This document shows, piece after piece, positions 17,392 to 26,772 of a DNA stretch of 64,000 nucleotides. The stretch is from NCBI GenBank assembly GCA_030596605.1, contig JAUVJI010000002.1, positions 2,904 to 66,903 of the forward strand, in the 5' to 3' direction. The position numbers were made by a program, and so were the translations under genes. The first letter of the stretch is position 1. Every line of letters starts with the position of its first letter. Under the pieces are notes generated by a model. It saw only the letters and a list, made by a program, of their open reading frames with translations. It was not told the origin of the DNA and ran no database searches. The DNA is from Bacteroidales bacterium (GTDB taxonomy: Bacteria > Bacteroidota > Bacteroidia > Bacteroidales > JAADJA01).

Positions 17392-17575
17392 GTTGGGCTG
17401 TACAACTTTTGTGGAGTGGAATTTATTAACGACCAAAAAGTAAATTTCCGTTAATTTAGATAATTATATCCACTTGATTAACGTATTTTGTATTTCTATA
17501 GTTAATTTGTGTGTTATTATTTGTAGTTTTAACTTTTTGTTTGTAGTTTTGCGTTAATTTATTAATTTATATACC

Positions 17576-18448
17576 ATGGGAAAAGCAAATAATATTTCCG
17601 GAAAGCTGGCTTCTTTACGCGAAAGATATTTTAAATATGCTTTTAAAAAAGCTTCATTATTAAATATTTTAAGCGAAGCAGAGGTATCAGAGCAGGTATA
17701 CAATTCCAATGCAATTGAAAACAGTACCTTAACATTTGATGAAACTCAAAAGATTTTACAGCAGATAGATTTGGACAGATTTATTTCGGAAAGAGAGTTG
17801 TTCGAAACTAAAAACCTGTCTCGTGTAATTGGCTATCTAAATTCCAAAGCAAAAGAAAAGGAACTGGACATAGAAATGACCTTATTGCTCCATAAAATGC
17901 TGATGTCGAACATCAATGATAAAATTGCCGGAAGATTCAGGAACGACACAGAATGGGTCAGGGTGGGCAATCATATTGCTGTTGATCCAAAACAGGTTTA
18001 TGACAGTATGGAAGAAATGCTTATAAAATATTATTCAACAGCCCATCTCAGTATTGTGAAAAGAATTGTCTTTTTACATTTAACATTTGAGCACATTCAT
18101 CCCTTTGTGGATGGCAATGGCCGAATTGGCAGGGTGATAAACAATTACTTTTTGATCCGTGAGGGTTATGTTCCCATTAACATTAAGTTTATCGACCGGG
18201 CGTTGTATTATGATGCATTCAGCGAATTTGACAGTAGTGGTAATACTACTATTATGGAAGATATCGTTGGAAAAGCCCTTACTAACAGTTACCATAAAAG
18301 GCTGGCTTACCTTGAAGAAAAACAAATTATAAGTTTAATTGAATATGCCAGATTAAAAAACACCTCTCACTCCAACATTATAAATAAAGCCAAAAGGCAA
18401 AGCATTGAGGCATTTACTGAAAAAGGCGTATGGAAAATTGGGGCTTAG
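17576..18448 (+). CDS. Fic family protein (AMPylase-type), with N-terminal inhibitory-helix-like motif
   Basis: Fic active-site motif HPFVDGNGRIGR fits HxFx(D/E)GNGRxxR. N-terminal SNAIEN fits the (S/T)xxxE(G/N) auto-inhibition motif. The C-terminal ~45 aa may form a small HTH-like tail. Confidence 0.85.
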   Translation: MGKANNISGKLASLRERYFKYAFKKASLLNILSEAEVSEQVYNSNAIENSTLTFDETQKILQQIDLDRFISERELFETKNLSRVIGYLNSKAKEKELDIEMTLLLHKMLMSNINDKIAGRFRNDTEWVRVGNHIAVDPKQVYDSMEEMLIKYYSTAHLSIVKRIVFLHLTFEHIHPFVDGNGRIGRVINNYFLIREGYVPINIKFIDRALYYDAFSEFDSSGNTTIMEDIVGKALTNSYHKRLAYLEEKQIISLIEYARLKNTSHSNIINKAKRQSIEAFTEKGVWKIGA

Positions 18449-18468
18449 TTAAAAAGGTTACATAGTTT

Positions 18469-18607
18469 ATTCATCGGACCACTGTCTGTGTATATGCCAT
18501 GCGCGCAGTGGTCTGACGAATATACGGGTTACTGCCGGTGCAAATGCCCTGCAAATAATAATCCAAAGAAAAATCCCGTCCTGATGGAAATCGAAACGGG
18601 ATTTTTC
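18469..18607 (+). repeat. Compact third copy of the hairpin-2 / GCAAATAATAATCCAAA / terminator element
   Basis: ATTCATCGGACCACTG...CAGTGGTCTGACGAAT spans 18469-18521. A partial second arm ACTGCCGGTGCAAATGCC follows. GCAAATAATAATCCAAAG spans 18551-18568, and a hairpin terminator spans 18571-18607. Confidence 0.55.
18571..18607. terminator. Bidirectional terminator between the convergent Fic gene and P1
   Basis: AAATCCCGTCCTGATGGAAATCGAAACGGGATTTTT has an A-run upstream and a T-run downstream of the ATCCCGT/ACGGGAT stem. Confidence 0.6.
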
Positions 18608-18631
18608 ATTTTATCAAATAACTTTATCCAG

Positions 18632-20509
18632 CTATTCCACAATCATCTTCTTTGTAATAGCAGCCTCACCAGCTTTTACTGTGTAGAAATAAATACCAGG
18701 TGTGAGTTTGGTTCCATCTATGATTATTTTATTCATCCCGGGCTGAGCAATTCCTGCATCAGCAGAATATACCATTTGTCCCATCATGTTTACAACTTCC
18801 AGTGTTAAAGGAGTTGTATGCCTCACATTCACTTTTACCGTTGAATTTTCTGTGAATGGATTAGGGTAGTTTTGCAATACATCATAATCAAATATAGCTG
18901 TATTGTCTTCATCCCCTACCCATACTTCAAGAATATCAGCTTTCATAAACCTGATGAAGTTTTCACCGTACGGATCTTCGTCACCCCTTACAGCAAGGCC
19001 GGGCTCAGTATCCGTTTGGTAAATCAGGTAATAATAGTCATCTGAGGTTGAAGCTATACTTGGGAATACACACTCATCAAAAATATGAATAAGATCGGAT
19101 GTCAAATCTGTAAAAGGGCCCCAGAAATCTCCGTACCCTGAAAAACGGCTCCACATATGACGGTAACTTTGTGTACCATTGTCATATGTTTCAGTTACAG
19201 AGGTGAAAACAATATAAATATTGTCATCTTCAGTAATTGTAATTTGAGGCATGCTTGAAAATCCGAGATAATATGTTCCCCAGTCATCCAAAACATCAAT
19301 GGTTCCATTGTTGTTAATATCCTGGGTCCAGCCAATCAAGCTGTAATCTTCCACAAGTTCAGAGTAAGAGCAATTATCATACAGAGGACAAAGGGCATCC
19401 ATGTCATTTGAAAAAGTGGGCCTGTTCTCATTCCAGTATCCTATACCACCTACACCCGGAAACCAAAAGGAGCCTGTGCCATCAGAATAAGACCTGTTAA
19501 TACCAAAAACAACATGTATCATACCCTCGCTGTCGTAAGCAAGGTGATGTGAGCCATCCACGCAATAGAATGTATCGGTGGGTGTTGGCTGGGCAGGATT
19601 GAACATCGGATATGGGTTCTCCCAGATCACTGTTTTCTCCCAGGTATCTCCCCCATCATCTGATTTCATCAAAATAAAATCGATCCATGAGTCACCCACC
19701 AAAAATGCAATGTTATCATCATCTGTTGCAGCCCATTCATACATATCGGCGCTAAAACCAACATAGTCGGCAGAAGAGAGCCCATCCAAAATAGCATGCT
19801 CGGGATCCCAGGTTGTTCCGCCATCTGTTGATCTTGAATATAACACTGCTCCATCCAGACCTTGATATATCGGTCCGCCATTGGCCTCCGGCCATGTAAT
19901 ACATAATGTTTGGATTACATTATTGTTAATCCCAGAAGTGGTTGACCTGTTCCAAGATATGGGTGTTGCGGCAGGTCCTTCAAAAACATCTTCTGACCAG
20001 GTTCCTGTTCCTTTTTCCTCTCTGATGAGATAAATAAGCTCTCCGGCACCAAAATCATGAGAAACGACAAGTTCACCATTTTCTCCATAAGGAGCATAAG
20101 AAGGCCATCCGGTTCTTAAGCTTTCAATTCTTTCCGTTGGCCAAGGTCCCCAGGTATTTCCGTCATAATAATTGTAACCTGTACCCCTGTCACCGGCAAA
20201 ATTTGGAAAATCCAAACCAAAAGTCCAGACACCGGCCATGGTTCCATCGGGATAAACATGAAAACGGTTCTGGTTACCAGTGTTGGATTGCAGGTCGTAA
20301 AAAGTATTACCGATGATCTCTTCCTCAGGTGTAAAATCTGCCTTATAAGAAGGAATAATCGGTGATTTGCTAAAATCTGACGGTGATTTAGAATGACGGG
20401 CTTTTCTAATGGAATAATCCCTTAGTTCCTTAGAAACAGTTGCCCGGTTTTGTGAAAATCCTGAGATGGCTATTCCCAGAATTAAAACGAAAAGTAATAG
20501 ATTTTTCAT
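18632..20509 (-). CDS. Asp-box (BNR) beta-propeller protein with T9SS CTD, paralog P1
   Basis: Signal peptide MKNLLLFVLILGIAISGFSQ. Asp-boxes YSRSTDGGTTW and MKSDDGGDTW. Conserved EF-hand-like loop DINNNGTIDVLDD. CTD YPNPFTENSTV...GIYFYTVKAGEAAITKKMIVE. Confidence 0.85.
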   Translation of the reverse strand: MKNLLLFVLILGIAISGFSQNRATVSKELRDYSIRKARHSKSPSDFSKSPIIPSYKADFTPEEEIIGNTFYDLQSNTGNQNRFHVYPDGTMAGVWTFGLDFPNFAGDRGTGYNYYDGNTWGPWPTERIESLRTGWPSYAPYGENGELVVSHDFGAGELIYLIREEKGTGTWSEDVFEGPAATPISWNRSTTSGINNNVIQTLCITWPEANGGPIYQGLDGAVLYSRSTDGGTTWDPEHAILDGLSSADYVGFSADMYEWAATDDDNIAFLVGDSWIDFILMKSDDGGDTWEKTVIWENPYPMFNPAQPTPTDTFYCVDGSHHLAYDSEGMIHVVFGINRSYSDGTGSFWFPGVGGIGYWNENRPTFSNDMDALCPLYDNCSYSELVEDYSLIGWTQDINNNGTIDVLDDWGTYYLGFSSMPQITITEDDNIYIVFTSVTETYDNGTQSYRHMWSRFSGYGDFWGPFTDLTSDLIHIFDECVFPSIASTSDDYYYLIYQTDTEPGLAVRGDEDPYGENFIRFMKADILEVWVGDEDNTAIFDYDVLQNYPNPFTENSTVKVNVRHTTPLTLEVVNMMGQMVYSADAGIAQPGMNKIIIDGTKLTPGIYFYTVKAGEAAITKKMIVE

Positions 20510-20610
20510 AGTACTGATTTTTAATTATTTAATTATTAATTTATAAATCATTAAATGTTTGTTGCAAGTTTAACGATAAAGATAGCCAAAATTATAAAAA
20601 ATCCTGAAAT

Positions 20611-20646
20611 AAACCAGCTAACGGTAAAATCAAATCAGTTAACGGT
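20611..20646 (-). promoter_or_regulatory. Candidate LytTR-type operator upstream of P1 (two 15-mers, 21-bp register)
   Basis: Gene-strand sequence: ACCGTTAACTGATTT (exact, 20632-20646), then ACCGTTAGCTGGTTT (20611-20625). Lies 102-137 nt upstream of the start codon. Confidence 0.6.
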
Positions 20647-20720
20647 AAAAAAGTCCACCTTCGCTAAAGCTTCGGAGGACAAGTAAAGTTAAAAGTATAA
20701 ATGTTAATTGGAAATTCAGC

Positions 20721-22583
20721 TTATTCCACTATCATCTTCCTGGTAACAGCAGCCTCACCCGCCTTCACCGTATAGAAATACAATCCCGGATTAAGTCCTT
20801 CCACATCAATTGTAATATTGTGAACTCCTGCCTGAAGATACCCTTCTTTAATTCCCAAAACTTTCTGGCCGGTAAGGTTGATAATTTCAAGGGAAATATT
20901 ACAAGATTCTGTTAATTCGATTTGCACTAAAGTTTCGTCACTAAACGGATTTGGAACATTCTGGCTTACTTTAAGATTTTTAACAGGTTCCATATTTTTT
21001 GCAATTCCTGTAATTACATCCACTGCCATAAAACTGATAAAATTTTCAAAAAATGGATCATTATCTCCTCTCACTGCCATTCCAGGTTCGGGATCATATT
21101 GAAATGTTAAATAATAGTTGAGCCAGCCATCGGAATAGGTTGCCAGGGATGGGAATACATTTTCATGCATACAATGACATAAATCGTTGGTTAAATGCAA
21201 AAATGAACTCCAGGTATAACCATCTAATGAATAACGGCCCCAAAGGTGCCGGTAGTTTTGTATACCATTATCATATGTTTCCGTAACGGATGAGTATACC
21301 ACAAATATCCTGTTCATATCATCAACAACAATCTGTGGCATACTTGAGAAACCAAGATAATAAGTACCCCAGTCATCCAGAAATTCAAGTTGTCCGTTTC
21401 CGTTAATATCCTGTGTCCAACCTATTAAACTATAATCTTCCTCAAGCTCAGAATCAGGATGGCCATAAGGACTTAAAGCATTCAAATTATTTGAGAAAGA
21501 AGGCCTGTTTTCATTCCAGTATCCTATTCCCCCAACGGCCGGAAACCAGTAAGTTCCTGCTCCGTCGCAAACAGTCCTGTTAATACCAAACACAACGTGA
21601 ACAATTCCTTCATCATTGAAATCCAAACTATGGGCGCCATCAGCACAATAGAAAGTATCAGTCGGGAACATATTATTGAAATTCCACATTGGATAGGGGT
21701 GCTCCCAAATTATTGTCTTTTCCCAGGTATTCCCGCTATCTGTTGATTTTAATAATAACAAATCAATCCATGGTGAGCCAATTAAAATGCCGACAATGTC
21801 ACCTTCGGCTTTAATGTCATAAGTATCCCCATCAAATCCAACATAATGGGTGTTATCAATCTCAGGGAAAACATAATTCTCAGGATTCCATGTACTTCCT
21901 CCATCCATAGACCTTGAATACAAAATGGCCGATATTTGCCCTTGATAGGGATTATATGGTTTTGTAACTGCCAACAAATGGATAACTGAATTATTCACAC
22001 CTCCGGTTGCCATCCTTGGAAATATAATATCCTCAAACAATTGGGGGCCAGTAAAATTCCACTCTTCCCAATCGCCCACACCCTTGTTGATCCTTTTATT
22101 AAACAAAAGACCATCAATATCAGCCCCGGACAGGTGAGATACAATAAGTTCTCCGTTTTCACCCAAGGGAGCATATGAAGCCCAGCCCGAACGCTGGCTT
22201 TCAATCCTCTCTGTTGGCCAGAGCTGCCATGCAGTTCCATCAAAATAGTTGTATCCGGTTCCCCTGTCATCCATAAAATTAGGATAATCATAACCCATTG
22301 TCCACACAGTTCCTATTGTGCCATCATCAAAAACATGAATCCTTTGTTGTGTGCTGTAATTGGTCTGCAGGTCGTAATATGTTGTTCCAATATCTTCTTC
22401 AAAATAACAGCTGCTTTTATAGGGAGCTTGTATATTGTGATTTTCCCGGGTTTGGTTATAAGATTCATCTACCTTAACTCCATAATCCTGCAATTCTTTT
22501 GAGATTTTTACCCTTTGCTGGGAAAAGCCGATTGTACAGATTAGTATTAATGTGAAAGTGATAACAATACTTTTCATGATCAA
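20721..22583 (-). CDS. Asp-box (BNR) beta-propeller protein with T9SS CTD, paralog P2
   Basis: Collinear with P1 and P3-P6. Asp-boxes YSRSMDGGSTW and LKSTDSGNTW. CTD VPNPFSDETLV...GLYFYTVKAGEAAVTRKMIVE. The start could be the second ATG at 22577. Confidence 0.85.
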   Translation of the reverse strand: MIMKSIVITFTLILICTIGFSQQRVKISKELQDYGVKVDESYNQTRENHNIQAPYKSSCYFEEDIGTTYYDLQTNYSTQQRIHVFDDGTIGTVWTMGYDYPNFMDDRGTGYNYFDGTAWQLWPTERIESQRSGWASYAPLGENGELIVSHLSGADIDGLLFNKRINKGVGDWEEWNFTGPQLFEDIIFPRMATGGVNNSVIHLLAVTKPYNPYQGQISAILYSRSMDGGSTWNPENYVFPEIDNTHYVGFDGDTYDIKAEGDIVGILIGSPWIDLLLLKSTDSGNTWEKTIIWEHPYPMWNFNNMFPTDTFYCADGAHSLDFNDEGIVHVVFGINRTVCDGAGTYWFPAVGGIGYWNENRPSFSNNLNALSPYGHPDSELEEDYSLIGWTQDINGNGQLEFLDDWGTYYLGFSSMPQIVVDDMNRIFVVYSSVTETYDNGIQNYRHLWGRYSLDGYTWSSFLHLTNDLCHCMHENVFPSLATYSDGWLNYYLTFQYDPEPGMAVRGDNDPFFENFISFMAVDVITGIAKNMEPVKNLKVSQNVPNPFSDETLVQIELTESCNISLEIINLTGQKVLGIKEGYLQAGVHNITIDVEGLNPGLYFYTVKAGEAAVTRKMIVE

Positions 22584-22620
22584 TTTTTTAGGAAATGTTT
22601 ATAAAAATAAAAACAGGTTT

Positions 22621-22628
22621 CAAATATA
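22621..22628 (-). promoter_or_regulatory. Bacteroidota -7 box-like element (TATATTTG) upstream of P2
   Basis: The gene-strand sequence TATATTTGAAACCTGTTTTTATTTTTATAAA is shared almost verbatim with the P3 upstream region. It matches the TAnnTTTG consensus and lies ~40 nt upstream of the ATG. Confidence 0.45.
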
Positions 22629-22721
22629 ATCATTTGATATGTTATATGCAAGAATGATATTCTAAGATATTGGACTGTAGGCGTATGAAGTTAAAATTTA
22701 ACTTTATACCCAATTGCAAAT

Positions 22722-24581
22722 CTATTCCACTATCATCTTTTTTGTAATCTTTTCTTCACCGGCATTCACCGTATAGAAATACAATCCCGGATTAATTCCA
22801 ACTGCATTAATTGAAATATTGTGAACACCCGGCTGAAGATTACCTTTGCTTATATCCAAAATTTTCTGGCCGGTCAGGTTGGTAACTTCAAGTGATACAT
22901 TGCAGGCATCAAACAGATCAATTTGTACCAATGTTTCCTTACTAAACGGATTTGGAACATTCTGGCTTACTTTGAGATTTTTAACAGGTTTTTGATTTTC
23001 AGGTATTCCCACATAAAAATCAGTATTCATAAAAGTTACGAAGTTTTCACCATAAGGATCTTCATCACCTCGAACTGCCATACCTGGTTCATTATCCCTT
23101 TGAAAGGTCAAATAATAATTTACTGTATTATCAGAATAATTTGCAAGTGAAGGAAATACGCATTCGTCAAATATGTGTGCCGGATGACCAGTTAAATCAT
23201 CAAATGAACCCCAATAATCTGGATCATTTGCCCGCCTCGACCAAATATGCCGATAATTTTGAACACCATTATCAAAAGTTTCTGTTACAGATGAATAAAC
23301 CACAAAAATTTCGTTGTAAGAATCATTACAATAAATCTGTGGCATACTTGAAAAGCCAAGATAATATGTTCCCCAATCGTCAAGTATATCAAGCTGTCCG
23401 TTTTGATTGATATCCTGTGTCCAACCAATAAGGCTGTAGTCCTCTTCCAGATCTGAGTCAGGATGTCCATAAGGGTTTAATGCATTCAGGTTGTTTGAAA
23501 ATGATGGCCTGTTTTCATTCCAGTATCCTATTCCACCAACGGCCGGAAACCAAAAAGTTCCTGCACCATCACAATAAGTCCTGTTTATACCAAACACAAC
23601 GTGGGCAATTCCGTAGTCATCAAAATCGAGACTATGAGCACCATCGACACAATAGAAAGTATCAGTCGGGTACATATTGCTGTAATTCCACATTGGATAG
23701 GGGTGCTCCCAAATGATCTTTTTTACCCAGGTACTTCCACCATCTGTTGATTTTAGTAATAGCAAGTCAATCCATTTTGAGCCAATCAGGATGCCTACAA
23801 TGTCCCCTTCGGCTTTAATATCATAAGTATCCCCCATAAAACCATTATAAAAATTGCTGTTTATCTCAGGAATCACATAATTTTCAGGATTCCAATTAAC
23901 TCCCCCATCAATAGACCTTGAATATAGAATAGCATAATCTTGTAACTGATATGGCCAGATTGCAGCTGATACAGCCAACAAATGGATCACACTGTGATTA
24001 ACACCTCCAGTTGCCATTCTTGGCCATATAATCTCTTCATAATTAGGAGGGCCTGAAAAATTCCATTCCTCCCAATCCCCAATACCTTTGTTTTCTCGTT
24101 TTAGTAGAGTTAGTCCATCTTCCTCAGCACCTGCCAAATGAGAAACAATGATCTCCCCGTTTTCACCAAAAGGTGCATATTCAGGCCAGCCAGAACGATC
24201 TGACTCTAATCGTTCTGATGGAAATGGGGCCCAGTTTTCTCCATCAAAATAATTGTATCCAGACCCTCGGTCATCCGAAAAGTTAGGGTAATCATAACCC
24301 AAAGTCCAGACAACTCCTATTGTCCCATCATCAAATACATGGATCCGTTTTTGAATGCTGGCCATAGTTTGCAGGTCATAATAGGTCATACCAATATCAA
24401 AAAAACAGGTGCTTTTATAGGGTGGTTTTGATTGGTAGGTTTCTAAGGATTGATAATAGGAGTCATCTATCCTAACTCCATAATCTTGCAATTCTTTAGA
24501 AATTATTACCCTCTCTTGAGAGAAGGCAGTTAGGCAGGTAAATGCTAATAAACATGCGATAGCAATACTTTTCATGATCAA
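22722..24581 (-). CDS. Asp-box (BNR) beta-propeller protein with T9SS CTD, paralog P3
   Basis: Closest paralog of P2; both begin MIMKSI.. and share upstream DNA. Asp-boxes YSRSIDGGVNW and LKSTDGGSTW. CTD VPNPFSKETLV...GLYFYTVNAGEEKITKKMIVE. Confidence 0.85.
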   Translation of the reverse strand: MIMKSIAIACLLAFTCLTAFSQERVIISKELQDYGVRIDDSYYQSLETYQSKPPYKSTCFFDIGMTYYDLQTMASIQKRIHVFDDGTIGVVWTLGYDYPNFSDDRGSGYNYFDGENWAPFPSERLESDRSGWPEYAPFGENGEIIVSHLAGAEEDGLTLLKRENKGIGDWEEWNFSGPPNYEEIIWPRMATGGVNHSVIHLLAVSAAIWPYQLQDYAILYSRSIDGGVNWNPENYVIPEINSNFYNGFMGDTYDIKAEGDIVGILIGSKWIDLLLLKSTDGGSTWVKKIIWEHPYPMWNYSNMYPTDTFYCVDGAHSLDFDDYGIAHVVFGINRTYCDGAGTFWFPAVGGIGYWNENRPSFSNNLNALNPYGHPDSDLEEDYSLIGWTQDINQNGQLDILDDWGTYYLGFSSMPQIYCNDSYNEIFVVYSSVTETFDNGVQNYRHIWSRRANDPDYWGSFDDLTGHPAHIFDECVFPSLANYSDNTVNYYLTFQRDNEPGMAVRGDEDPYGENFVTFMNTDFYVGIPENQKPVKNLKVSQNVPNPFSKETLVQIDLFDACNVSLEVTNLTGQKILDISKGNLQPGVHNISINAVGINPGLYFYTVNAGEEKITKKMIVE

Positions 24582-24617
24582 TTTATTAGGTAATTTTTAT
24601 AAAAATAAAACAGGTTT

Positions 24618-24625
24618 CAAATATA
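24618..24625 (-). promoter_or_regulatory. Bacteroidota -7 box-like element (TATATTTG) upstream of P3
   Basis: Gene-strand TATATTTGAAACCTGTTTTATTTTTATAAA lies ~40 nt upstream of the ATG at 24581 and is a duplicate of the P2 upstream block. Confidence 0.45.
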
Positions 24626-24719
24626 GTCATTTGATATTGTAAATGCAAGAGTTAATCAGTTTGTGGTAAGTTACCCCCTCCCTTTCTCCCCCCCTGGAGG
24701 GGGAGGGTTGGGGTGGGGG

Positions 24720-26591
24720 TTATTCAACCATCATCTTCTTTGTAACAGCTGCTTCCCCCGCATTCACCGTGTAAAAATACAATCCCGGATTAATTCCAAC
24801 TGCATCAATTGTGATATAATGAACGCCCGGCTGAAGATAACCTATATTTATTTCTATAACTTTCTGGCCTGTAAGGTTAGTAACCTCCAAAAAAACATTG
24901 CAATCATCGAAAAGCTCAATTTGTATCACTGTTTCAGAAGTAAACGGATTTGGAATATTCTGGCTTACTTTAAGGCTTTCATCTGGAGATTTATTTTCAA
25001 AAATTCCTACACCTTTATAAACTTTCATAAACCGAATAAAGTTTTCACCATATGGATCTTCATCACCTTTTATAGCCATTCCGGGTTCAGTATCAGCTTG
25101 ATAAACAAGATAAAACCAATCATCAGAAAAAGATGCGACAGAAGGAAAAACACATTCATCAAAAATATGGATCAGGTCGGAGGTCAGGTCATAAAAAGGA
25201 CCCCAGAAATCTCCATTAAATGACCAACGAGCCCATAGATGACGATAACTTTGTGTACCGTTGTCATAGGTTTCTGTAACTGATGAATAAACAACATAAA
25301 TGTTGTTGAGTTCATCAATAATGATCTGTGGCATACTTGATAATCCCAGGTAATATTTTGCAATATCATCCCATAGGATATCAATCGTACCATTTTGATT
25401 AATATCCTGGGTCCAGCCAATCAAACTGTAATCTTCAACAAGTTCTGAGTAAATACAATCTGCAAAAGGGCATAATGCATTCAAATCATTCGAAAAAGTT
25501 GGCCTGGTTTCATTCCAGTATCCAATCCCTCCAACTCCGGAAAACCAGAATGTTCCTTCACCATCACTATGTGCCCTGTTGATCCCGAATACAATGTGAA
25601 CCATACCATCCTGATCGAAAGCAAGGCCATGAGCACCGTCAGCACAATAGAAAGTGTCTGTCGGATACATATTATTGGGATCCCACATTGGATAAGGATG
25701 TTCCCAGATAATGGTTTGTGTCCATGTGTCACCTCCATCAGTAGATTTTAAAAGTCCGAGATCCTGCCAAAATTCACCATAAAGAATAGCAACATTGTTT
25801 CCATCTGCCTGAACTTCATAAGTGTCGCCGGAGAAAGCCAGATAATTAGCGCTGTTTAATTCATCAAAGAGTACATCTTGCATATCCCAGGTATCACCAC
25901 CATCAGGTGACCTGGAATATAACAATGCACCGTCAATTCCCTGATAAAGTGAGCCACCATTTGCAATTGGAAGGGTTAAAGCAATTTGATGAACAATACT
26001 GTGATTAATCCCTCCTGTTGTCATCCTGGGCCAAACCATTTCATTGCCTACAGGTGTCAGGTAATCTATTAGGGTCCAATCGCCAGTTCCCTTTTCTGAC
26101 CTTCTGGCATATACCAAACCATCAATGGCAGCACCTGAATAGTGTGCAACATTGATCTCACCATTTTCACCCCAGGCTGCGTATGCCGGCCAACCGGTAC
26201 GGTCCTCCTCTAATATTCCCGATGGATATGATCCCCAATCGCTGCCATCAAAATAGTTATAACCGGTACCCCTGTCATCGAAATTCGGAAAATCAAATCC
26301 CATAGTCCATACCCCACCAATAGTACCATCATCATATACAAAGATCCTGTTCTGCATACTTGCATTACTTTGCAGGTCAAAATAGGTGCTACCAATAATA
26401 TCTTCATCAACATAAACAAAATCTTGTGGTGAGGATGGTAAAGCTTCGTGACTGAAATTCATTGTTTCAAGCACTGGTGGAACTTTTTTTTCCGCAAAAT
26501 TCCGATGGTATTCTGAGATTGTCACCCTTTGCTGTGCAAATCCTGCCATAACTAATGCCAGGACTAAGCTTAAAAGTAAAAGTCTTCTCAT
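24720..26591 (-). CDS. Asp-box (BNR) beta-propeller protein with T9SS CTD, paralog P4
   Basis: The ORF is open to 26717, but the signal peptide MRRLLLLSLVLALVMAGFAQQ starts at the ATG at 26591 and aligns with the P5 start. Asp-boxes YSRSPDGGDTW and LKSTDGGDTW. The CTD is of the P2/P3 type. Confidence 0.8.
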   Translation of the reverse strand: MRRLLLLSLVLALVMAGFAQQRVTISEYHRNFAEKKVPPVLETMNFSHEALPSSPQDFVYVDEDIIGSTYFDLQSNASMQNRIFVYDDGTIGGVWTMGFDFPNFDDRGTGYNYFDGSDWGSYPSGILEEDRTGWPAYAAWGENGEINVAHYSGAAIDGLVYARRSEKGTGDWTLIDYLTPVGNEMVWPRMTTGGINHSIVHQIALTLPIANGGSLYQGIDGALLYSRSPDGGDTWDMQDVLFDELNSANYLAFSGDTYEVQADGNNVAILYGEFWQDLGLLKSTDGGDTWTQTIIWEHPYPMWDPNNMYPTDTFYCADGAHGLAFDQDGMVHIVFGINRAHSDGEGTFWFSGVGGIGYWNETRPTFSNDLNALCPFADCIYSELVEDYSLIGWTQDINQNGTIDILWDDIAKYYLGLSSMPQIIIDELNNIYVVYSSVTETYDNGTQSYRHLWARWSFNGDFWGPFYDLTSDLIHIFDECVFPSVASFSDDWFYLVYQADTEPGMAIKGDEDPYGENFIRFMKVYKGVGIFENKSPDESLKVSQNIPNPFTSETVIQIELFDDCNVFLEVTNLTGQKVIEINIGYLQPGVHYITIDAVGINPGLYFYTVNAGEAAVTKKMMVE

Positions 26592-26670
26592 GATCGTTTT
26601 TTTTAAGTTAGTAATATTTTTTTTAAGTGAATTCTCAAATATAAAAAGATTATATATTAAAGTCAAGGAT

Positions 26671-26706
26671 AAATCAGTTAACGGTGGGGAAAAGTAAGAA
26701 TTCGGT
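26671..26706 (-). promoter_or_regulatory. Candidate LytTR-type operator upstream of P4
   Basis: Gene-strand sequence: a degenerate ACCGAATTCTTACTT (26692-26706), then an exact ACCGTTAACTGATTT (26671-26685) 21 bp away. The proximal copy ends 27 nt before a TATATTTG -7-box-like element. Confidence 0.55.
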
Positions 26707-26772
26707 ATTTTTTTCAATTCTTAAAATTCTACTCTTCTGCTCTTTCGGATTTAAGGGAAGGCTAAGGTGTGG

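Noticed and set aside
18488-18808. 106-aa plus-strand ORF after the Fic gene
   Set aside because: It translates the repeat element and terminator, then runs antisense into the P1 CTD.
24663-25223. 186-aa plus-strand ORF beginning in a G/C-rich stretch (CCCCCTCCCTTTCTCCCCCCCTGGAGGGGGAGGGTTGGGGTGGGGG)
   Set aside because: It runs antisense through the well-supported P4 gene. Its N-terminus is low-complexity translation of a C/G-run palindrome that lies just beyond the P4 stop, probably a hairpin. It is a shadow ORF.
26592-26717. 42-codon N-terminal extension of paralog P4 (ORF open to 26717)
   Set aside because: The extension would translate the putative operator and promoter. The signal peptide and the alignment with P5 begin at the ATG at 26591.
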